The notes under the pieces are model-generated. The model made no database searches, was not told where the DNA came from, and saw only the letters and a list, made by a program, of their open reading frames with translations. Shown here one piece after another: positions 41,389 to 49,130 of a DNA stretch of 64,000 nt; positions within the stretch are counted from its first letter, which is position 1; each line of letters starts with the position of its first letter. The stretch is from Pseudomonadota bacterium (GTDB lineage Bacteria; Bdellovibrionota_C; UBA2361; OMII01), in NCBI GenBank assembly GCA_038134595.1, contig JAYPVM010000010.1:35596-99595 (forward strand), given 5' to 3'. Made by a program: the position numbers and the translations under genes.

Positions 41389-42487
41389 CAACCTTGCACT
41401 GGGCATTCTTGTCGTTGCATGGCTCAGTTCCGCACTGGCGACAGAAGCATATGCTGAACCGAGCAATCCGCCCAGAACGCTTCTACGATTTCTAAGTAAT
41501 GCTCTGGAACATCCTGTCCGAATCATTCCAAATCCATCAGACACATCCGGCCTTCTAATTGCAGAGCGCGGTGGGACCATCGAAGTTTTTGATGGAAAAC
41601 GCCTCAACTATCGGCCATTGCTGGATATAGAGGAACTCTTTGAGGGGCGGCCAACCTACGGACTCATCGACATCCAAGCAAGTAATCCTCAACCCGGCAA
41701 GCCGCCGACATTCTTTATCGCATACAAAGAAAACCATGGTGACGTCATCGTTGCCCGTTTAATCCCCAAAAAAGACGGCACATCCGGAGAACGGGAGCTC
41801 TACGGCATTCTAAAAATAGCCAGACTTGCTCCTAATACTACTCACGTAACTCTTTCAGTCGATAAATACGAAAATCTCTATGTTGCCACAGGCAAAGAGC
41901 GAAGTAGCCCCACTCGGCCAAAATCAGTCCTTCCCCCACCACACCCTTTCGACGGCGCCATCTTAAGAATTAGACCTGGCAAAACAACAGGTTATACTAT
42001 CCCCAAGCGAAGTCCGTGCAAAAATTCAACTACCATCAAACCTGAAGTGTGGAGAATCGGCATTCACAACCCGCTCGCACTCTGGCACGATCCAAATACA
42101 GCAAAACTCTTTGTCGCTGACGACGACTTTCTCGGCGTAACCACTGTGTATCAAGCCTCTTCATCTACCTGCTCAAGCCGGAGCTCCCAGAGAACTCTGC
42201 CTTCGACAAGAATCTCTCACCAACCATCCACACCACCAATCGTAGCCGGAATCTACACCGGCAGAGATTTTCCAGAGTTAAACGGGATGGTCATCTACGG
42301 GGATTCTCTCACCGGAAAAATATTCGCCATCCAGCCATCTCGATCCTCGAGAGATGTTAAACAATCGCCAGTAGAACTTGCGCAACTTCCGAATAGTACC
42401 CTTAGCGCTGTCGGATTCGATGGCCGTGGAAGGATTTATCTCGCCTCCAACGAGGGAAAACTGTGGCGAGTTGAGCCCAACAGCTAG
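41351..42487 (+). CDS. Exported PQQ-dependent glucose/sorbosone dehydrogenase-like beta-propeller (divergent)
   Basis: Signal-peptide-like N-terminus; motifs IAERGG, GAILRI, PEVW..G..NP, G.IY.G..FPEL.G..IYGD and FDGRGRIY. The start overlaps the aminotransferase and is uncertain. Confidence 0.7.
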   Translation: MYVSRLQKYLIHNNLALGILVVAWLSSALATEAYAEPSNPPRTLLRFLSNALEHPVRIIPNPSDTSGLLIAERGGTIEVFDGKRLNYRPLLDIEELFEGRPTYGLIDIQASNPQPGKPPTFFIAYKENHGDVIVARLIPKKDGTSGERELYGILKIARLAPNTTHVTLSVDKYENLYVATGKERSSPTRPKSVLPPPHPFDGAILRIRPGKTTGYTIPKRSPCKNSTTIKPEVWRIGIHNPLALWHDPNTAKLFVADDDFLGVTTVYQASSSTCSSRSSQRTLPSTRISHQPSTPPIVAGIYTGRDFPELNGMVIYGDSLTGKIFAIQPSRSSRDVKQSPVELAQLPNSTLSAVGFDGRGRIYLASNEGKLWRVEPNS

Positions 42488-42496
42488 AAGCATTCG

Positions 42497-42727
42497 CTAC
42501 TTAGCTGGCAACTCATATGCCGTTACCTCAGATGCAAATTGGCAGTCATTGTGAGCTCCATCACAAAACGGCTGCTTCTTGGAAGCTCCACAACGACAAA
42601 TAGAAACGGCAGAACGCCCATTGAGATTAAAAGGATTCCCAGAGGCATCTCGAATCTCAAACCCCTCTCCTTCCACACGCAAAGGCCCGTTGTTTTTAAC
42701 AGTTATGATAACTTTTGCTTCGCTCAT
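42497..42727 (-). CDS. CDGSH iron-sulfur (2Fe-2S) domain protein
   Basis: Motifs NGPL and CRCGASKKQPFCDGAH. Confidence 0.9.
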   Translation of the reverse strand: MSEAKVIITVKNNGPLRVEGEGFEIRDASGNPFNLNGRSAVSICRCGASKKQPFCDGAHNDCQFASEVTAYELPAK

Positions 42728-42949
42728 ATCTAAACCTCTTTAATCAGTTGCCCTACCGAGATCGGTTGTAACACACGCCTCGTGGCATCACTACTAGATT
42801 TTTATCATCCAAATTTACTTTAGCCACGATGCGAAATCGACGTCATACAAGTCCCCCCCTAGATATAGCCTAGAATTCAATTAATCCGATTCGGTAGCGC
42901 TCGTGCACATGGCTACCAAACTAAGGATACTACCAAGAGGAGAACTGCC

Positions 42950-43237
42950 ATGAATAAGAACAAATCTAAATCTAATCCAAAAAAACTCCGCGGGTTCGCT
43001 GCTATGGATCCAGAAAAGCAACGTGAGATCGCCAGCAAAGGTGGAAAAATCGCTCACCTCAGGGGCAACGCTCACGAATTTACTCCTGAAGAGGCCCGAG
43101 AGGCGGGACGCAAAGGCGGTAAGGCAGTAAGCAAAGACAGAAAGCACATGGCTCGCATCGGTAGGCGCGGAGGTGCCGCACGAAACCAACCAAAAATCCC
43201 TGAAGTTCCCGAGCAACAGGTACCTCCCACACCATAA
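42950..43237 (+). CDS. KGG-repeat general stress protein (YciG/GsiB-like)
   Basis: RGFAAMDPEKQREIASKGG, EAREAGRKGG and HMARIGRRGG; AGAGGAG RBS. Confidence 0.9.
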   Translation: MNKNKSKSNPKKLRGFAAMDPEKQREIASKGGKIAHLRGNAHEFTPEEAREAGRKGGKAVSKDRKHMARIGRRGGAARNQPKIPEVPEQQVPPTP

Positions 43238-43444
43238 TATGGCCAAGCCAGAAGGGAAGAAAAGAGAACATTCTCGAATGACACTACACTACCAAAATAC
43301 CGAGGTTACTTAACGAAAGGTCTCTCAAAGAGCCTCAGTAGATGTATCAAGGGAACTTGCAAAGCTAGTTGTTAACATTCGTCCAAAAGCGACCAAAAAA
43401 AGCAAAACGTGTTAACCTTGTTGGCCCCGAGGACTCATAAAAGC

Positions 43445-43487
43445 GAGACCACGAAAGAATCTCTATAGAAAATCCTCTCGTGGTCTC
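43445..43487 (-). terminator. Probable terminator of the pectate-lyase-like gene
   Basis: 10-bp perfect inverted repeat GAGACCACGA/TCGTGGTCTC followed by GCTTTT on the minus strand. Confidence 0.5.
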
Positions 43488-43504
43488 TAAAAAATGGGTT
43501 GGCA

Positions 43505-43537
43505 AGGAGGTGGAGTTACCCCTCCATCTCCTCTTTT
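43505..43537 (+). terminator. Probable terminator of the KGG gene
   Basis: AGGAGGTGGAG/CTCCATCTCCT stem (one G-U pair) followed by CTTTT. Confidence 0.5.
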
Positions 43538-43545
43538 AGTTTCAA

Positions 43546-46143
43546 CTAACGTTCAAACCCACTCAAAGCCTCTCGCAATTGCTCACTTCCGATATACTCT
43601 CCATCGAATTCAATCGCTCGATAGTACTCAGAGTATTTTGGCCATGCACCAACAACATCTCGGATCCGAAGAGATCCATTCTTGACTCCCGCAATAACTC
43701 GGGCATCATCTTCATTCCGATCCCAAGGTCGAGACCCGGCGTTGGCATACACATATTCCTCGGTATACGCCGAACCAATCACGCCAGGACCATCAAAGAG
43801 CCGCTGCTTGGCGACAACTCGCTTACTACTCCGACGAGCACGTCGGCGTTGCTTTCGAGTCCTTTTCTTTTTCGAGCTCTTACGAAGCGAACTCGTTTGG
43901 TACCGACTGGAGACATTCGTCAGTCGGGAAGCGATATTATCAGCAAGGTACACCCGGGTTTTTGAAGCGGGGACATTCTTGGAATACACCGCATATGCAT
44001 CCTTTTGTCCGTCTAATCCAGGCATATAAACGTTCCCAATAACATCAAGGTATATCGGCTTACGAGTGTCTTCAAGATCAGAGATATTCGTTGTATTCCA
44101 CGATGAAGTACCACCCCATCCGAAAATAACATTGTTCAGCATCTCTCCCCTCGTGTCATACTTCCAACGAATATTCCAGTTGTGGTTTGCCGCTAGAAGA
44201 TTCCCCTGGAAGATTACATTTCGAGCCTTTTGAAGTACCAGAACTCCATTACCTCGTGAACCCTTCGGATGGATCGACCGATATAAGGCTTCCGAGATGA
44301 TACTGTCTTGTACCAAAACATTTTTTACCCTACCGAATGTCTTAAGATTCGAATCAATCCCCCATGACATCGAGAGATTTTTAAGCGTAATGTCATGTGC
44401 ATTCGCTCCCTTGACACTTATGCTTCTTCGATACTGCGGAACAACGCCCAGTTTTTCATCTCCAGTTCTTATCGCAACGTGTTCAATAGTTACATGATGC
44501 GTCCTGATAGAAATCCCACTGTTTGTGATCAAAATCCCCGGCGAAGGAGCCGTTTGACCTGCAATAACAAGCTCAGGTTCCTCAACTACAATTGTATCGC
44601 TTAGAGCAATCCGGCCGGAAACTTCAAAGACACATACTCGTGGGCCAGCACTCAAAGCACATGCTCGCAAACTTCCTTCTCCAGAGTCATTCAGATTTGT
44701 CACCCGAATTATCTTATAGACCGTCTGTCCGACCACACTAGGAGTTCCTGTTGGTAATACTACAGGAGTTAGTGTTACCTCAGGTGTCACAACAGCAGTC
44801 GGCGTGCTCTCAACCGTCGGTGTATAACTAGGAGTATACGTCCATGTCGGAGTAGCACTCGCCGTAGGTGTGGCAGTACTCGTTGGAGTTGGAGTCGCAG
44901 TTCGCGTAGGCGTTGGAGTAGGTGTTTTTGTAGCAGTAGGCGTAGCTGTCGGAGTAGTTACATCACCACCACCCTCATACGCTGCAAGCAAACTATCAAC
45001 TCCTGCCGAAGACAACGTGCTAGAAAGCGAAATTTTTCTCGAAGCACTCCCAAAATTTGGCCAAGTCCCCACGGCATCGCGAATACGAAGTGACCGGTCA
45101 GCGACCCCACGCAAAATACGCTTGTCATCTGCGTTTCTATCCCATGGTCGAGACCCGACCCCCGCGGTCACAGCCGCATAGACCTTAGATGATGCAATTG
45201 GTGTATATCCACTAAATATACGGCTTGATACCAAGTATTTAGATTCGATATTTGTCAACCTAGGGACTATATTGTCTTGCAAAAATACCTTTGAATCACT
45301 CGGCGTATTTTGTGAATACACTGCATACGCAGTCTGTAAGCCATCGGGACCAGGAATGTAGTGATTGCCAATTACATCAAGATACGTTGGAATATCCTCA
45401 TTACTGACATCAGATATGTTTGTCGTATTCCAAGAGGATGTTCCACCCCATCCATAAATGACATTATTAATCATCTCTCCATGAGTATTAAACTTCCATC
45501 GAATGTTTCTATCTCTATTGGCAGCGAGAAGATTATTTCTAAATACGATTCCACGAGCTGTCTCTCCTACCAAGACCCCCATACTGTGAGGACCCTTTGG
45601 ATGAAGAGAATCATGCAGAGCTTCCGCTATAAGGCAATTTTCAACCGTGACATCCTTAACCGGTCCGTATGTTGATACATTTTCATCAATCGCCCACGAA
45701 ACCGATAGATTTTTCAGGTGAACATCATGACCCGAAGAGGACTCAATACTTAGCCCGTCACGACCGCTAGGACTCGGGCCGCTAGCGTCATCACCAACTC
45801 GAACCGCAAGATGTTCAATTCGAACATGATGCGAATTAACCGAAATACCAGCATTGGTCACCGTAATACCCGGAGACGGCGCTGTTTGTCCGGCAATAAT
45901 CAAGTCTGGCTGCTTAACTGTTAACTCAGTCGATAACTTTATTCGCCCTGCAACTTCAAACACACAAATTCTAGGTCCTGACTTCTCAACACATGCGCGT
46001 AACGTTCCCGAACCCGAATCTGCAAGCGATGTCACCTTGACCACCGCATATGAACTAGCCTGTGCATACGTGCGATGCACAAAACCGCCCATTCCACACA
46101 GCATGGCAAGGCCCATGCCGATAGAAAGCACCCTACTTCTCAT
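43546..46143 (-). CDS. Secreted tandem pectate-lyase-like (PL1-type beta-helix) protein with Thr/Pro linker
   Basis: Signal peptide ending AQA. Two ~360-390-aa repeats each have VT.L.DSG.GSLR/GTLR...GPR.CVFEV.G.I, IAGQTAPSPGI and WGGTSSWNTTNISD. Confidence 0.85.
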   Translation of the reverse strand: MRSRVLSIGMGLAMLCGMGGFVHRTYAQASSYAVVKVTSLADSGSGTLRACVEKSGPRICVFEVAGRIKLSTELTVKQPDLIIAGQTAPSPGITVTNAGISVNSHHVRIEHLAVRVGDDASGPSPSGRDGLSIESSSGHDVHLKNLSVSWAIDENVSTYGPVKDVTVENCLIAEALHDSLHPKGPHSMGVLVGETARGIVFRNNLLAANRDRNIRWKFNTHGEMINNVIYGWGGTSSWNTTNISDVSNEDIPTYLDVIGNHYIPGPDGLQTAYAVYSQNTPSDSKVFLQDNIVPRLTNIESKYLVSSRIFSGYTPIASSKVYAAVTAGVGSRPWDRNADDKRILRGVADRSLRIRDAVGTWPNFGSASRKISLSSTLSSAGVDSLLAAYEGGGDVTTPTATPTATKTPTPTPTRTATPTPTSTATPTASATPTWTYTPSYTPTVESTPTAVVTPEVTLTPVVLPTGTPSVVGQTVYKIIRVTNLNDSGEGSLRACALSAGPRVCVFEVSGRIALSDTIVVEEPELVIAGQTAPSPGILITNSGISIRTHHVTIEHVAIRTGDEKLGVVPQYRRSISVKGANAHDITLKNLSMSWGIDSNLKTFGRVKNVLVQDSIISEALYRSIHPKGSRGNGVLVLQKARNVIFQGNLLAANHNWNIRWKYDTRGEMLNNVIFGWGGTSSWNTTNISDLEDTRKPIYLDVIGNVYMPGLDGQKDAYAVYSKNVPASKTRVYLADNIASRLTNVSSRYQTSSLRKSSKKKRTRKQRRRARRSSKRVVAKQRLFDGPGVIGSAYTEEYVYANAGSRPWDRNEDDARVIAGVKNGSLRIRDVVGAWPKYSEYYRAIEFDGEYIGSEQLREALSGFER
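44737..44960 (-). repeat. (TP)n low-complexity linker coding region between the two lyase domains
   Basis: Encodes TPTATPTATKTPTPTPTRTATPTPTSTATPT... Confidence 0.85.
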
Positions 46144-46621
46144 AATAACCCTTTAAAAAAACACCACAGCATAACGCTACGGCCAGAAAAACCTTTTGTC
46201 GAAATACTCTCTCGCCCAAAAGCAAGAGACAATTCCAACTCGAACTATACTTTCACCTTACGGAGTGCATGCAGACTTAGCCAGAGTGCCACAAAAAATT
46301 TTGTATATGATCTTACACACTCAAACCATCAACCTAGACGTCGCAGCATGACAAACAACAGATCAAGCACTTATCTCTTATCGAGAGCGCTTAAAATTGA
46401 ACATCAAAAACTGTGTTAACAAATGAAAATTTCAGAAAGTGGTTTTATAAAGTACCGCCATTATCCCGCACCAATCAGGTCTGTAGTGCTTTTTGCCGTG
46501 TGGTCATGTCTATACTCATACCTCTCTTATGCAAGATTACTGCAGTATAACAGGACAGCCTCTCCTTTCGATTTTTTATCCACTGAGTACCTCCCGTAGT
46601 GAATATACTCTTGCAATGCTT

Positions 46622-47140
46622 ATGAATGCTGCCTACCTGCACCTCATAACGGTTCATATCCCCGTTTTAGGCTGTCCCCTTGCTCTCATTCTTTTACTCA
46701 TCGGTAAAAAGCATCACAACAAAACAATCATCCAAACAGGACTTATCCTCTTGATTATTTCGTGCCTTACAACACTCCCTGTCGCCTTCTTCGGGCACCA
46801 GTCTGTATCAATCGTAACAGACCTGCCAGGAGTTTACCGCGACATAATCAAAAACCATGAGAACATGGCCGAGAAAGCACTCTGGGCAACGAACATAACT
46901 GCCGGTATAGCGCTATTAACGTGGGGCATCTTGCACATCGGAGTTGCCCTCGAAGAGATCTTTCTTGTTCTCACACTCGTAGTGGGAACGATAACTGCAA
47001 CATTACTTGGCTACACCGCACATCTAGGAGGAAAAATAAGACATCCTGAAGTCTACGTTCAAGAGACACCGAACTCTGTTCCTCCCACCCTATTAACACC
47101 ACACTCTTCGTCAATCAAACCATCACAAACTACATGGTGA
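46622..47140 (+). CDS. DUF2231-like membrane protein (conserved His residues)
   Basis: MN...LHL...HIP, four TMs, H..MA and TAHLGG.IRHPE. The start is set at ATG 46622 rather than the TTG in the ORF track. Confidence 0.65.
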   Translation: MNAAYLHLITVHIPVLGCPLALILLLIGKKHHNKTIIQTGLILLIISCLTTLPVAFFGHQSVSIVTDLPGVYRDIIKNHENMAEKALWATNITAGIALLTWGILHIGVALEEIFLVLTLVVGTITATLLGYTAHLGGKIRHPEVYVQETPNSVPPTLLTPHSSSIKPSQTTW

Positions 47141-47309
47141 CCCGCCTCAGTCACTCTCTTGTAGTATTCCCCTACTATACTTTCATTCGATGCTCATTAG
47201 AAGGAGAACACGTTCTCCAATCGAGCATGAGATGTTCGTTTCAGCAGTACACGAGCGCCGAAGTATAAAAAAGAATAACTCAATAAAAATTCCCAGCGGA
47301 GGATAGACA

Positions 47310-47759
47310 ATGAACGTACAGGATATAATGACTAAGAAGCCGGTCACTTGTGAACCCACCACAAAGCTAGATCGAGTAGCCAACCTTATGGCAACCCATG
47401 ACTGCGGCGAGATTCCCGTCATCAAATCAAAAGATACACCAGAACTAATCGGCGTCATCACCGACCGAGACATCTGCTGTCGAGCAGTTGCCCAAGGAAA
47501 AAACCCGGCAACCGTACCCGTAAGTGAATGTATGTCTTCACCAGTATTTACAATTACCGCCAATACAGAAATTAGTGACATCTGCAAAAAATTTACCGAG
47601 AAAGAGATTCGTCGGCTACCTGTTGTAGATAACAAAAACCATGTTATCGGAATTATCTCCATCGCAGATCTAGCCGAGCGCGCACCAGAGCAGTACGCCC
47701 GAGAAATCCTAAGTCAGTGCACACGACCCAGTAGTTCAAGCCAGATTCCCGCACATTAA
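47310..47759 (+). CDS. Tandem CBS-domain protein
   Basis: Motifs VQDIMT, GVITDRDI, IRRLPVVD and GIISIADL; GGAGG RBS. Confidence 0.9.
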   Translation: MNVQDIMTKKPVTCEPTTKLDRVANLMATHDCGEIPVIKSKDTPELIGVITDRDICCRAVAQGKNPATVPVSECMSSPVFTITANTEISDICKKFTEKEIRRLPVVDNKNHVIGIISIADLAERAPEQYAREILSQCTRPSSSSQIPAH

Positions 47760-47769
47760 ACCGAAGAGC

Positions 47770-47797
47770 ACGTAGAGAGAGCTCTCTCTCTCTGCGT
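47770..47797. terminator. Stem-loop between the convergent CBS gene and ssrA (possible bidirectional terminator)
   Basis: ACGTAGAGAGAG/CTCTCTCTGCGT 12-bp stem (one G-U pair) with a 4-nt loop. Confidence 0.45.
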
Positions 47798-47941
47798 CCA
47801 TTTGCTCGACACAACAACTTTTTTGTAATAAGCGAAGCATATAGAGCGGCTGGTAATTATTTTGAACCATCGGGGGTGAAGCTGCGATTAGCAGCGAGAG
47901 GGGGCCTTGCCCCCTAGGCCCGAGCGCCGAGCGGGAAAAAG

Positions 47942-48354
47942 TGGAGGTGACGGGAATCGAACCCGCGTCCTAGAAACCTCGCAATATATCCTCTACATGT
48001 TTAGAACGTTGATACTCTCACCAGAGTGGCTCCAACGCACACAGCCATCTCTGGCCAGCTCACTGTTTGTTTCGACATAACGCCGGAGCACGCGTTACAT
48101 CAGAGCCCGAGAAAATAAAGCTTTTAAGAGATTACGGGCGCCTCCCTTATCAGCCGACTAGGCACTTGTGGTGGCTAGTCTAGGTGCTGTCACCTTACGC
48201 AGCCAACGCTACTGGAGCGGCTGGAGCGAAACGGTGTGCAGCTTGAATAACGTTATTTTTTGCAGTTATTCTTTTTCCGATTTTTTACCAGGCCATCGGA
48301 CCCTGGACATGCAGACATATCGTTTGTGAATCCAGTCGAAACCTTTACACCCCC
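47942..48354 (-). ncRNA. ssrA: tmRNA (transfer-messenger RNA), one-piece
   Basis: The 5' end reads GGGGGTGTAAAGGTTTCGAC and the 3' end GGACGCGGGTTCGATTCCCGTCACCTCCA (T-arm). The acceptor stem has the G3-U Ala determinant. An internal tag frame ends in ALAA*. It lies directly downstream of smpB, and the full CCA is not encoded. Confidence 0.96.
48195..48263 (-). other. tmRNA tag reading frame: (A)AKNNVIQAAHRFAPAAPVALAA*
   Basis: The resume codon GCA follows AATAACT; 22 codons then TAA. Confidence 0.85.
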
Positions 48355-48458
48355 TTATATGACTTTTGGAACATTCCGGATAAGAACGCTCCATCTAGTA
48401 AGTATACGTTATCTACAGAGAATTTTCCACTGCTTTCGAGCAGTGCGAGCCTGTCGCT

Positions 48459-48917
48459 TTACATCTTCTGAGACATAGCTCTCGCGAGATCCCTGTTTGC
48501 CTCTCGCTCTTTAATCGACTGGCGCTTGTCAGGAGCGGCCTTTCCTTTGGCAACCGCTATCTCTAACTTTGCTCTTCCGCCTTTTAAGTAAAGCTGAAGG
48601 GGTACTATCGTAACGCCCTTGGTCTCAGTCTCTCGGATGAGTTTATCGATCTCTCGCTTATGCAGTAACAGCTTGCGGGGTCTTCTTGGATCGTACTCCT
48701 TATCGGCGCTGTGTGCGTATGGCTTCACGTAGGCATTTAGCAGAAACAACTCTCCGGATTGCGGGCGAACGTACCCTTCGTTTAGGGTTATTTCCCCTGC
48801 CCTAATTGACTTAATCTCGGCACCAGAGAGCACCAAACCCGCCTCATACGTATCGAGTATGTGGTAATCAAAGCGTGCTTTGCGATTAACCGTAATGACT
48901 TTGCCACCCTGAACCAT
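48459..48917 (-). CDS. smpB: SsrA-binding protein SmpB
   Basis: Motifs NRKARFDY, EAGLVLSGAEIKSIR, RKLLLHKREI and DKR..IKERE. Confidence 0.97.
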   Translation of the reverse strand: MVQGGKVITVNRKARFDYHILDTYEAGLVLSGAEIKSIRAGEITLNEGYVRPQSGELFLLNAYVKPYAHSADKEYDPRRPRKLLLHKREIDKLIRETETKGVTIVPLQLYLKGGRAKLEIAVAKGKAAPDKRQSIKEREANRDLARAMSQKM

Positions 48918-49130
48918 ATATGTGCCCAAAAATCGCCTTACACGCTTTTAAAAAATCTCAATAATTATCAGATACTAGAGGCTTAAATTTAAAATTTCAA
49001 CATGCTAGGATACAGAAGATCTTCGATTAAGTTTTTAAACACTCACTTGGCCTCTAAGCCTAGGAAAGATTTACACACTTTCACTTTTACGCTATGACGT
49101 TAAAAACATGTCTACCATACTATAATCATT

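Noticed and set aside
42881..43284. Minus-strand ORFs overlapping the KGG gene
   Set aside because: They are antisense shadows of a clearly recognisable KGG-repeat gene.
43506..43512. GGAGGTG as an att-site duplicate of the ssrA 3' end delimiting an island
   Set aside because: It is only 7 bp, is explained as an arm of a terminator hairpin, and no integrase is present.
47942..47975. tRNA-like T-arm and acceptor sequence as a stand-alone tRNA gene
   Set aside because: Its partner 5' strand lies about 400 nt away with a tag ORF between them, so it is the 3' end of tmRNA.
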